A DNA stretch of 51,820 bases from Octopus sinensis. Taxonomy: Eukaryota. The notes under the pieces were generated by a model that saw only the letters and a list, made by a program, of their open reading frames with translations, made no database searches and was not told the origin of the DNA. Both the position numbers and the translations under genes were made by a program. The stretch covers positions 1-51,820 of the forward strand of contig NW_021834214.1 of assembly GCF_006345805.1 (NCBI RefSeq), given 5' to 3'. The first letter of the stretch is position 1. Each line of letters begins with the position of its first letter. Of the stretch, positions 13,429-25,031 are shown piece after piece.

Positions 13429-13740
13429 TATTACATACATATATATAAACATACATATACATATATATACACATACATATACATATATATACACATATAC
13501 ATATATATACACATATACATATATATACATATATATACATATACATATATATATATACACATATACATATATATATACATATACATATATATATACACAT
13601 ATACATATATATATATATACATATACATATATAAATATATATATATAGAGAGAGAGAGGGAGAGAGAAGGAGAGAGAGATGGAGAGAGAGAGAGAGAGAT
13701 GGAGAGAGAGAGAGAGAAAGAGGGAGAGAGAGAGAAAGAG
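13290..13740. repeat. (TA)n/(ATAC)n followed by (GA)n microsatellite
   Basis: Directly visible. Confidence 0.95.
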
Positions 13741-13859
13741 ATGCAGAAAAATATTTCTTCAGCTCCTGTTAATACTGTAATGATTTGAAGTAAACAGCTA
13801 TTGGGGTTTTTCGAAATTTCTTCCATCGACAATAACAAATTAGGAAAGAATAATGAAAA

Positions 13860-14015
13860 AACCCAGACATCAATATTTACGATTACTACGTATGTGTTAC
13901 ATCAAAAGATCTGGAAATAGCCGACGAGGAAAAGCGTTATGGATATGTCATTATGAGAATGCGGTGAGTATTTTCGACGCTGAATCTACTTGGTCGGGTG
14001 AAAAACTAGGATGTC
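13860..14015 (+). mobile_element. Decayed RTE-like LINE RT C-terminal remnant (tentative)
   Basis: Frame ...LEIADEEKRYGYVIMRMR* resembles the RTE motif I.D..R.RRLRWYGHVMRM; an overlapping frame gives LRLLRMC, resembling MLRWMC. Confidence 0.4.
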
Positions 14016-14026
14016 GAATGGAATAC

Positions 14027-14388
14027 TCTCTCTTTTACTCTTTTATTTGTTTCAGTCATTTTGACTGCGGCCATGCTGGAGCACCACCTTTTTAGTACTT
14101 ATTCTATCGGTCTCTTTTTGCCGAACCGCTAAGTGACGGGGACGCAAACACACCAGCATCGGTTGTCAAGCAATGCTAGGGGGACAAACACAGACACACA
14201 ATCACACACACATACATATATATATATACATATATACGACAGGCTTCTTTCAGTTTCCGTCTACCAAATCCACTCACAAGGCATTGGTCGGCCCGGGGCT
14301 ATAGCAGAAGACACCTGCCCAAGATGCCACGCAGTGGGACTGAACCCGCAACCGTGTGGTTGGTTAGCAAGCTACTTACCACACAGCC
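14027..14388 (-). mobile_element. SINE family A with internal deletion
   Basis: Reverse complement of the family A consensus, lacking about 50 bp of the 3' body. Confidence 0.85.
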
Positions 14389-14643
14389 AAACAAAAGTGA
14401 AACTTTCCAAGTGTCTCAGTGGTTACGGCCATAGCGCGCCCGGGTAAATAAATAAATACAATAGTACAACATGTGGCTGTAATATAATTTGCGGATTTAT
14501 CGTAAGAAGTTTGATTCCCAACTACGTAGTTGCCGAGTCAGTTTCACTGCTTGTTAAGGTGGCTTCAACCAAACTTTCGATCCGACTAAATCCTTTAATT
14601 ACCAAAATAACATAATAATAACTTGAAATGCTAAAGAGTAGAT

Positions 14644-14790
14644 TTATCCTATATGTTCGCCATTGGCTTCAACTACGGCCTCCAAATGACTTCGGAATTT
14701 CCTGGAGCTCTTCAGGACGGTCTACTTGATTAAGTTCGGGGATACTGCCATAATACTGGCCTTAGGTTCCTGTTTGGTGTTACAAGGAGT
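14644..14790 (-). mobile_element. Tc1/mariner (maT/DD37D-like) transposase C-terminal remnant
   Basis: CNTKQEPKASIMAVSPNLIK*TVLKSSRKFRSHLEAVVEANGEHIG* matches the typical C-terminus ...RFRSRLEAVVEA.G..IE*; one in-frame stop. Confidence 0.7.
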
Positions 14791-15337
14791 TTTATATGTA
14801 TATATATATATATATGGGATCTCCCTTTTAAGTAGAAAGAATAGCCATAACTCTTTGACTGCTATTTCTAAATTCGGTGTGTGGTGAGGCAAATCGTTGC
14901 TAAACCCTTAATTACTTAGTATTACTTAAACCTTCCTTGAATGGGGCTTTTACATGCCGAAATCTACTTGGTGAAATTAATGATTATTCCAAATTAATTA
15001 ATTTCACCATATATTATATATATATATATAATATATATATATATTATATATATATATACGTGTGTGTGTGTGTGCATGTAAGTATATGTATATATGTGTG
15101 AGCTTGTATGTATGATGTATGAGCGCCTATGGCTTCAGGTTGTTAATTCTGGTAAAATTCTGGTAAAATTACAGGTGATAAATTGTACTGCTTGTAATTT
15201 CTCATTTAGATTTATAGTGACAAAATTATGACTGGAGATTTGGTTGCAACTATACCAATAAGATTGCCGATATCGGGCATTTTCCTCACACATTCGTGCA
15301 TGTGCGTGATCTGATTAATATTTTGAGAAACGAGATC

Positions 15338-15400
<63 letters not shown>

Positions 15401-15924
15401 GTGTCACCTATTATTACGTGGACTATTTTAACGATTGGAATTATTCTCTTCGTATATTTCCCCTGATCTGATAATATAGAATGAGTCCATTCGCCATCTT
15501 ACAACTATGGATTTCCTGTATCATGTAAGACACCGAAGCCTAAGAATTAATTGTTGCAAACACTGTAGAAATATTTTGCATTGATATATAGTATTGTACA
15601 TTTGAATACTATTGATGCTTCGATGATAACATGATCACAGATTTAAGCTATACAGTTGTGTGATATGATTACTCTCTGATCATCCAGATCAAGTTGATTA
15701 TGACATTTTATTTTCACGTCTCATATTTATTACTTTCGTCTATATCTGCACCAATGAAATAATGTGACTAAGAATTGTATTTAATTCTTCTGGTAGTAAT
15801 CAACATGTGTCATATTATATTGCAAAGTGAGTAAAGTTGACTGTAAAGTTAAATTATTATAATTATTATCTTATAATTTACAAGAAACTGAAGTGGTGTG
15901 AGTCCATTTTCTACTGCGTGTATA

Positions 15925-16135
15925 TATTTCTTTACTACCCACAAGGGGTTAAACACAGAGGGGACAAACAAGGACAGACAAACGGATTTAGTCGATTACA
16001 TCGACCCAAGTGCGTAACTGGTACTTAATTTATCGACCCCGAAAGGCAAAGTCGACTTCGGCGGAATTTGAACTCAGAACGTAACGGCAGACGAAATACG
16101 GCTACGCATTTCGCCCAGCGTACTAACGTTTCTGC
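15925..16135 (-). mobile_element. SINE family B, monomer
   Basis: Reverse complement of the family B consensus. Confidence 0.9.
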
Positions 16136-16207
16136 GTGTATATGCATATATGTGAGGCAAATTTACCACACCTTTACTTTTGATTAAGTAATAAGAGCTT
16201 TTATAAA

Positions 16208-16458
16208 AATAAATAAATAAATACGCCCTTTTAAAGCCTAGCCAGGCTCTTGGACCCGGCTTCCTGGTTTCTATGGCGTATGTGTTCCCCAGCTGGACGG
16301 GACGCCAGTCCATCGCAGCGTTACTCATTTATGTCAGCTGAGTGGACTGGAGCAACGTGAAATGAAGTCTTTATTCAAGAACACAACGCGTCGCCCGGTT
16401 CAGGAATCGAAACCTCAATCATGATGCTGACATCCTAACCACTAAGCCATGCGCCTCC
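16208..16458 (-). mobile_element. tRNA-derived SINE, family D (CORE-like plus V-domain-like segment)
   Basis: Head ggaggcgcatggcttagtggttagg, B-box gtttcgattcc, segment gtaacgctgcgatggactggcgtcccgtccag (V-SINE-like) and (ttta)n tail. Confidence 0.75.
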
Positions 16459-16559
16459 ACAAAGAGCTTTTATACTAGAGATACAAAGGAAAATATTTTT
16501 AACAGTACCATTCGAGACAGACCTATAAATAATGGTGCGTTAAGTGATGGCAGTGTTTT

Positions 16560-16830
16560 ACATCTGCCTTACTCGATTCTGCTGAACAGTCTGCACAGAT
16601 CTGTTTATGGTGATGACTTGTTTGTCCTGCGTATAAGCTCATTCCTCTCAACTCAACTTTGCTTGACAAAATTCAAAGAATTGACACACGCCAGGTATGG
16701 AGGCCATAGTAGAAAAGAACAAAGTCAGATGAAATGATCTCCTCCATAAGATATCGTCCTGCACGGTCGGGGAATCGAAGTCACAATCTGTAAACAGTAG
16801 GCTACGGGCACTCGCAATAGCGATAAGAAT
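16560..16830 (-). mobile_element. Highly decayed Tc1/mariner (maT-like) transposase catalytic-region remnant
   Basis: Mixed frames give ...LWPPYLACVNSLNFVKQS*VERNELIRRTNKSS, resembling WPP.SPD.NPLD+.VW..VER.TNK..HN. Confidence 0.5.
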
Positions 16831-17989
16831 ATTCATTTACAAAAGTACCTACACGGAAATCATCAAATGCTTTACCTGGTATCATTATTAACTTTCTATA
16901 AGGTGCGCCTAATGTAGAAACGAATATTAACTTTGTATAAGATGGTTAGCTAGCAGAATCGTTAGCACGCCGGAGGAAATTATTTGTGGCATTTCGTCCG
17001 TCTTTACTTTCTGGGTCCGAATCTCCCGGAGGTAGAACTTGCCTTTCATCCTTTCGGGGTCGATAAAATATATAACAGTTGAATAATGGGCTCAATGTAC
17101 TCGAGTTATACGTTCCTCCAAAACCTGCCGAAGTTTGAAACTAATATTAGGTTTTTTATAACAAGTCGAGGTGTCAGAATCATTATCCTCACCGGGAAAA
17201 TGTTTTATAGTATTGCTTTCGACTCTACATTGATTTCCAATACCACCGGGGTATACTTTACATTTCACCATTAGCGACAACGTAACTGACTTATCCTCCC
17301 CCGCGAAATTGCTGGCTTAGTGACAAAATGTTAAGTCAATATTAACCTTCTAGGAATATGAACACGAAGATTGTTCAAAATAAGTAGCAATAAACATTTT
17401 CTAGGACAAGCGAATCAGTTAATTAATTATATGGAAATGAAAGTACTAGATTCCGTAATGCTTGTAATTTCAATGCAAATGAGATAAAAATAATGTGTCT
17501 ATGACAAATATAATTTACGGTAATAACATAAATTGAGAAAACTCAAACATTATACATTTCATAAAATAATACACCTTTCAGAAAAACTAATATATATCAG
17601 AGACTATTTCATCATTTATCACAAAGGATTGAAGTATAGCTTACTGGGGATGTGAAACATTTAAATACACGTTGATTGTGAAAAACACATAGCTTTAGTG
17701 TTGTTTTAAGTGCCCAATTATACTGTCAAGAAATGAATTCTGAGAGACGACATATTTTCTGATATGGATGCAAATATCGTTGGAAAGAAACGCTTAATTT
17801 GATTTTGGTGTAAGGGAAACTAGAATTAAAAGTGGAATATAAATATATTAGAGGCAAAATGAAAAGTATTATTAAGTTAAAAGAATATATAGTGAGAAAA
17901 TTATACATAATGAAGATAACGAATGAAAATTGAAGGGAAATTATATTTGCATATGATATATATGCACACAAGAACACATCTGCATACAA

Positions 17990-18690
17990 ATATATACGTG
18001 TGTGCGTGTGTTTATATATGCATATGTAAGTATATATATATACATAAATATATACATATATATATTTATACATAAATATATACATATATATATTTATACA
18101 TAAATATATACATATATATATTTATACATAAATATATACATATATATATTTATACATAAATATATACATATATATATATTTATACATAAATATAAATATA
18201 TATATATTTATACATAAATATAAATATACATAATATAAATATATATATACATAATATAAATATATATATACATAAATATAAATATATATATACATAAATA
18301 TAAATATATATATACATAAATATAAATATATATATACATAAATATATATATATATATACATAAATATATATATATATATACATAAATATATATATATATA
18401 TATACATAAATATATATATATATACATAAATATATATATACATAAATATATATATATATATACATAAATATATATATATATATATACATAAATATATATA
18501 TATTACACATACATATATATATATACACATAAATATATATATATATACACATAAATATATATATATACATAAATATATATACATAAATATATACATATAC
18601 ATAAATATATATATATATACATAAATATATATACATAAATATATATACATAAATATATATATATATATGTATATACACATATATACACGT
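17990..18690. repeat. (TA)n-based minisatellite with recurring acataaat spacer
   Basis: Directly visible atacataaat(at)n units. Confidence 0.95.
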
Positions 18691-18751
18691 AAATATAAAA
18701 GGGAACCAGTATGTGGTTCACCCTCATTTTGATTTGATATATATATATATA

Positions 18752-18915
18752 GGCGTAGGAGTGGCTGTGTGGTAAGTACCTTGCTCCCGAACCACATGGT
18801 TCCGGGTTCAGTCGCAATGCCTGACACCTTGGAATAGGTGTCTTCTACTATAGCCTCGGGCCAACTAAAGCCTTGTGTGTGGATTTGGTAGACGGAAACT
18901 GAAAGAAGTCGTCGC
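18752..18915 (+). mobile_element. SINE family A, 5' half
   Basis: Head to central microsatellite. Confidence 0.85.
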
Positions 18916-18916
18916 A

Positions 18917-18951
<35 letters not shown>

Positions 18952-19097
18952 TGTAGATATACAGTAAAGAATTATTAATGTATATGACCTGCCTCTAGAC
19001 GGAAACTGAAAGAAGCCGTTGCATATAAGTGTATATATATATATATATTATATCATAGATATACAGTAAAGAATTATTAATTTATATGACCTGCCTA

Positions 19098-19249
19098 TTT
19101 CAGTTTCCGTCTACCAAATCTAGTCAAAAAGTCTTTGGTCAGCCCGAGGCTATAGTACAAGAAACCTGCCAAGTTCCCATGCATTCGTATTGAACCCGAA
19201 GCCATGTGGTTGGGAAGCAAGCTTCTAACCACACAGCCATTCCTGCGCC
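19098..19249 (-). mobile_element. SINE family A, 5' half, inverted relative to 18752-18915
   Basis: tttcagtttccgtctacc...attcctgcgcct. Confidence 0.85.
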
Positions 19250-19384
19250 TATATGTATACATTGAAAATATGGTCCTCGTAACGAAAGAAAGAATAGAAA
19301 ATACTTATGCACGACGTATATAGAATGACGCTCTTTAATATTTTGTGACTTTTACTTGATTTCTGGGCTTTTCTTTATATATAT

Positions 19385-19555
19385 TTGTTTACTACCCACA
19401 AGTGTCTAAACACAGAGGGGACAAAGAAGGACAGACAAACGGATTAAGTCGATTACATCGACCCAGTGTGTAACTGGTACTTAATTTATCGACCCTGAAA
19501 CGATGAAAGGTAAAGTCGACCTCGGCGGAATTTAAACTCAGAACGTAGCGGCAGC
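19385..19555 (-). mobile_element. SINE family B, body fragment
   Basis: Reverse complement of one body unit. Confidence 0.85.
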
Positions 19556-19822
19556 TTTTCTTTATATAGCCTTCCCGACAGACTATTAGATTGAATTAAA
19601 TATGTACTATAAAAGCTGTCTGATAAAACGTTAACCTTATCAAAAGAAGAGAAACAAACTAAAGGTTTAAATCTTCAGTGTGTTATCGCATTTTTTTTAT
19701 ATCGTCGAGGAATCGAATTGAAATGGATTAGACATTTTTCATAAATTTAAGGGAGAATTACTTGAAATAGATTCAATGATTATAAATTCATTGGTTATGA
19801 ATGTTGTTATACATTTACTTGG

Positions 19823-20290
19823 TCACTCGCACACAAATACGTGCAGTGATACAGACTTTATACTGCAATGTGAGAAGGCAATCGGCGTGTAAAATTTAAG
19901 AGAGTTTAATCCTCTGTGAATGCTGTTCCGAATCTTTTCCGGATGCCCATTGAGCAATGTGTTTAATTTTGCAAAGTGTATATAGTAACTCTCCATGACA
20001 CAAAGTTTACAGGTCTTCTCATTTTTCACCTACGCTTCACTACATGGAAGTATTTACGTTTATATATTCGTGATTTATGTATATAGTACAACGTATATCA
20101 AGGGAAAGTTGTTTATTCGCTACTCTTGTGTTACTTAAAAGAATGTCTATCCAAAATACTATACTTCTTTAAATAGGTCCGAAGTCATACTAACGTAAAA
20201 ATTGAGCCGTCGTGCGTGGTAATTAATCATTTGGGGGTAAACGAAAGGTCACTTTACAATTAGATCCTTCAGGACACCCTCTTTGATTCT
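19823..20290 (-). mobile_element. Decayed Penelope-like element GIY-YIG endonuclease remnant
   Basis: Across frames: GCPEGSNC, INYHA, FYVSMTSDLFKE, RHSFK*HK..TT and KTCKLCVMESYYI...LLN. This follows the PLE order CPL.G.C..VIY.A / YIG.T...FK.R...H..SF / C.LCL.EK..I....LN. Confidence 0.55.
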
Positions 20291-21394
20291 GAAAAATAAA
20301 TTTTATATATAGATCAATTTTGATGCGATAGCTTTATTATATAAGCAAGCTCGACGCTGAACTAGCATTGAGGTTGATTAGATCTATTGCTCTGACAATT
20401 TCCCAAGTCTGACGCACATTTTTCTCAAAATCATTAAGTGGGATCTGAACACATATATTAGCGTTCTATAGTGTATATTTCGACAGATGGATTTAGACTT
20501 TCTGATGTTCAGAAGAAAAAAATATTAAAAAAATAAACGCGTGTCTGACATCATGTATTTATCGACTCCAAAATATACAAATAAGTTGTAGTTAATCAGA
20601 GAAAAAAGGAACTGGACAAAATAATGCAAGTTATTTTGTCCCATATTGTGACTCCTATCATCAGTTCAATACTCTTAAGATTACTTGACTTGGCATTCAA
20701 CATTTATTCACGGACGATTTCTCTTATAGCAAAGACGACATCATCACCTTAGAACGTCTACTAATCTTCTTCATGTATACAGTTTGTAATCAATAGAAAA
20801 CATGTAGTAAAATTATCAATCGTATTGAAAATATTATATTCTCAGTAATTTAACCAACGATTAAGAAATATAACCGATATCATATAGATTATTACTGTTG
20901 TATGTACATTATACTCTCTATATAAAATAATCTTTTATAAACACCAAATCTAATTCCGGTTTGATGATCAATCGAGAGCAGCTGCTCTTTCCTTTCTGTA
21001 CGGTTACGGACTCCGAAAAATGAAGAACATAAAGTGTCTTTCATGCTTTAAATTTATATCACAGCCAATATACACTGGCGAAAATAAATTTAAGATCATT
21101 GTCTGCATCATTCGAAAGAGAAATAAATTCTGCATAAGGTTTAAAAGATAAAAATAATTTGTATGGTGTTAGTAACAAAATATTTTGTAAGAAATAGAAC
21201 TGTTATCATCGGTCTAAAATTTTATTTTTGCCAGTGTATATACAACAATATAATTATTGGTTTCCAATTTCGGCACTTGGCCAGCAATTTCGGTGGATGA
21301 GGTATGTCGATTACATCAACCTCAGTGCTCAACTGGTACATATTTTAATGATCCTGAACGATAAAATTTTAATTCAGAATGTAAAAATGGACGA

Positions 21395-21630
21395 AATACC
21401 TATTTCTTTATTACCCACAAGGGGCTAAACAGAGGGGGGACAAACAAGGACACACATAGGTATTAAGTCGATTACATTGACCTCAGTGCGTAACTGGTAC
21501 TTAATTTGTCGACCCCGAAAGGATGAAAGGCAAAGTCGACCGCGGCGGAATTTGAACTCAGAACGTAACGGCATACGAAATACTGCTAAGCATTTCGCCC
21601 GGTGTGCTAACGTTTCTGCCAGCTCGCCGC
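21395..21630 (-). mobile_element. SINE family B, monomer with head
   Basis: Ends in agctcgccgc (head) at the right end. Confidence 0.9.
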
Positions 21631-22017
21631 TGTGAATGGACGAAATACCGCTGAGGACTTTGCACGGCGTGCTGACAATTCTAACGATTCACCACCTTAA
21701 CAATTACATAAATATTGAGGACTGAAGTAGAGCGAAAATCTACAAGGTATCATTGGTCGAGATAATCATATTTAGATAACGAGTTGACAATATATGAGAC
21801 AAACTTTTCATAGTACAACTCTTCTATCTATCGTATAAATAAATTATCATAGTAATTTACACAACCACAAAAGCAATAAAGTGGATACCAGCGACAAATT
21901 GATATGAAAGTGTTTCATACAAACTTTAATGTTAGTTGAATTCATGTGGGAAATATCAGGAAAAATTTAAAAAGGATTAAAGCTGACGGTTAACATAAGT
22001 GATATGAGTCGCAGCCC

Positions 22018-22054
<37 letters not shown>

Positions 22055-22150
22055 ATATAATAATATAATAATAAATATTAGGGAATAAATCCAATTTACA
22101 GGGAAAAAATCAGATTTAGGATTAAATCCAATTTTATAGTAAAATATTAT

Positions 22151-22326
22151 ATAATATTAATTCGAGACAAAACCACTATTTTGCAAAACAAACGGAAAGA
22201 CTTAATCAATACATAAAATTTTAATATAAAGTAAATTTATTTCTTTATATTAAAAATTTTTATGTATTGATTAAGTCTTTCCTTGTTTGTTTTGCAAAAT
22301 AGTGGTTTTGTCTCGATTAATATTAT
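22151..22326. repeat. ~85-bp-arm palindrome of an AT-rich interspersed repeat
   Basis: ataatattaattcgagacaaaaccact...aatataaag / ctttatatt...agtggttttgtctcgattaatattat. A single arm also occurs at about 3700-3770. Confidence 0.9.
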
Positions 22327-22339
22327 ATATATATATATA

Positions 22340-22721
22340 TCTCTTCTCTCTATATATAAACGGCAGTTTGTCTGTGCGTGTTTCTGTGTGTCTGTTTGCT
22401 TGTACCCCACCCTGACCACGGCTTTCAACCGATTCTGATGAACTTGACCCACATATCCCAATGTCATAATTCAAAACTACGCGCAGCGAAAATTTTGAAA
22501 AGTTCCCCCAGTTCTGAACAAAATCGATAAATTCGACATGGGGTCGAGAACCAGAAACACAAACCGAAACTGTCTAGGGGACGCAACTCCACCTTTTTTA
22601 CTCTCAAAAAATTTCCATCATTTTTTTTTCCATTTTTTTGCTATTTTTGGGCTATAACTCTCTAAAAATGCTTTATAGTTATTTCCCTTACAACCTGAGC
22701 AACGCCGGGCGATACTGCTAG
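22340..22721 (+). mobile_element. Non-autonomous Helitron (subfamily H1), copy 1
   Basis: A|TC start, TG-rich tract, aaccgattc..gaaacttgac motif, 3' hairpin (c)ctgagcaacgccggg and CTAG|T. Confidence 0.85.
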
Positions 22722-23129
22722 TATATATATATATATATGATTTCTAACGATAAGCTGCATTCGATTCATGTATTTCTAGCGGTCAGAAAGTAATGCTGTT
22801 TCTATTTGCATTAATTCCTGAGTCATCTTCGTATATTCTGATATATACTAATTCATGATTTCGTGACACTTCAGATGGGTGCGATAAGGTTACGTTGAAA
22901 TAATATATACGCAAGGAAGGAATTACACGCATCAAATATCTCGCACGCAGGAACACGCTCAAACACACACACAGACACACACAAACACACACATACACAC
23001 TCACATATATTCATATGTATGCATATACATATATAGATATATGTGTAAATATAGTGAATATACGTGTGATTGTGTGTATATGTATATATGTATGTGTATG
23101 TATTTACATATGAAAGTAGGAGTGTAATT

Positions 23130-23172
<43 letters not shown>

Positions 23173-23290
23173 ACAGAAAGGCAGCAATGTATGTATACAT
23201 TGAGAAAGAAGTTAATACGCTTGAAGCTGTATTATCATTAGTTAGGTAAAGTTTGTCGATATATACATCACGATATATTAGGAGATCTGA

Positions 23291-23333
<43 letters not shown>

Positions 23334-23336
23334 ATA

Positions 23337-23721
23337 TCTCTTCTCTCTATATATAAACGGCAGTTTGTCTGTGCGTGTTTCTGTGTGTCTGTTTGCTTGT
23401 ACCCTCACCCTGACCACGGCTTTCACCGATTCTGATGAAACTTGACACACACATAGCCCAATGTCATAATTCAAAACTAACGCAGCGAAAATTTTGAAAA
23501 GTTCCCCCAGTTCTGAACAAAATCGATAAATTCGACATGGGGTCGAGAACCAGAAACACAAACCGCAAACTGTCTAGGGGACGCAACTCCACCTTTTTTT
23601 ACTCTCAAAAAATTACCATCATTTTTTTCCATTTTTTTGCTATTTTTGGGCTATAACTCTCTAAAAATGCTTTATAGTTATTTCCCTTACAAACCTGAGC
23701 AACGCCGGGCGATACTGCTAG
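23337..23721 (+). mobile_element. Non-autonomous Helitron (subfamily H1), copy 2
   Basis: Same structure as copy 1; CTAG at 23718-23721 followed by T. Confidence 0.85.
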
Positions 23722-24133
23722 TATATATATATATATATGATTTCTAACGATAAGCTGCATTCGATTCATGTATTTCTAGCGGTCAGAAAGTAATGCTGTT
23801 TCTATTTGCATTAATTCCTGAGTCATCTTCGTATATTCTGATATATACTAATTCATGATTTCGTGACACTTCAGATGGGTGCGATAAGGTTACGTTGAAA
23901 TAAATATATACGCAAGGAAGGAATTACACGCATCAAATATCTCGCACGCAGGAACACGCTCAAACACACACACAGACACACACAAACACACACATACACA
24001 CTCACATATATATTCATATGTATGCATATACATATATAGATATATGTGTAAATATAAGTGAATATACGTGTGATTGTGTGTATATGTATATATGTATGTG
24101 TATGTATTTACATATGAAAGTAGGAGTGTAATT

Positions 24134-24178
<45 letters not shown>

Positions 24179-24296
24179 ACAGAAAGGCAGCAATGTATGT
24201 ATACATTGAGAAAGAAGTTAATACGCTTGAAGCTGTATTATCATTAGTTAGGTAAAGTTTGTCGATATATACATCACGATATATTAGGAGATCTGA

Positions 24297-24348
<52 letters not shown>

Positions 24349-24555
24349 CTCGCAGCTCTGTTTTTTTCGTTCGAATCCAGATATTTTTTCACTGAATCAT
24401 GGCAATATCTGCCTGCGCATTACGTCGTAAAATAAATTGGACCCCGCAAATGTATACAAAGGGCCACCATTTTCGTGTAACATCAACAATATTACCGTCC
24501 TAAATTATTAGGTGAGTGCCCCCCAAGAGCTGTTATTAAGAAAGAAGAAAGCAAA

Positions 24556-24600
24556 GGACCACTGATGCGGTCACATGATTGTGACGAAAGAACTCTGGCC
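24556..24600 (+). ncRNA. Degenerate minimal type I hammerhead-ribozyme-like motif
   Basis: ggacca CUGAUG(C)g gucaca-ugau-ugugac GAAA gaa CUC uggcc has stem I, a 6-bp stem II, GAAA and an NUH triplet. It deviates at A9 (C) and has one extra nucleotide before stem II. Confidence 0.35.
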
Positions 24601-24726
24601 GAAATAAGATTAAGATTAATGTAAAACATAAATAACTCTGAAGCAAACTAACACCAAATATATAGTGCCTGTATTTTTATTGGCTAAACTGGAAGAATCA
24701 CCATTCCTAAATACAACAATTATATA

Positions 24727-25031
24727 TCTTTATATATAAAATTGAAGTTGTGTGTGTGAGACTCTGTCTCCTCCGATTTAGATTCCTAACTACCCCCACA
24801 TTTTGCGATGCAGTTTAACCAAAAGCGGGTATCTTATAGTCGTCATTCATATCGAGCCCTTCTGGGTATTAGCGCGCGTCTACGATGAGTCTACGAATTA
24901 AAAAAAAATTACCATCACTTTTCCGCATTTTTAATGATTTTTGCTCGGGTAATATAAGGGAAGTAACTCTCTAAAATGTTTATATAGTTATTTCCTTTAC
25001 AAACCCGAGCAACGCCGGGCGATACTGCTAG
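24727..25031 (+). mobile_element. Non-autonomous Helitron (subfamily H2)
   Basis: A|TCtttatatataaaa start, 3' hairpin cccgagcaacgccggg and CTAG|T; interior homologous to 5348-5737. Confidence 0.85.

Larger units (their letters stand above)
22340..24348. repeat. Tandem duplication of a ~1.0-kb unit (Helitron plus ~620 bp downstream flank)
   Basis: 22340-23336 is nearly identical to 23337-24348; the boundaries lie in (TA)n tracts. Confidence 0.9.

Noticed and set aside
13860-13963. Plus-strand exon candidate with a GTGAGT donor
   Set aside because: Better explained as an RTE LINE remnant (RYGYVIMRM resembles RWYGHVMRM), and it lacks a good acceptor.
16506-16694. Plus-strand 189-nt exon candidate containing YGDD (RT-like)
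   Set aside because: It lies antisense to a decayed Tc1/mariner catalytic region, and no other RT motifs are present.
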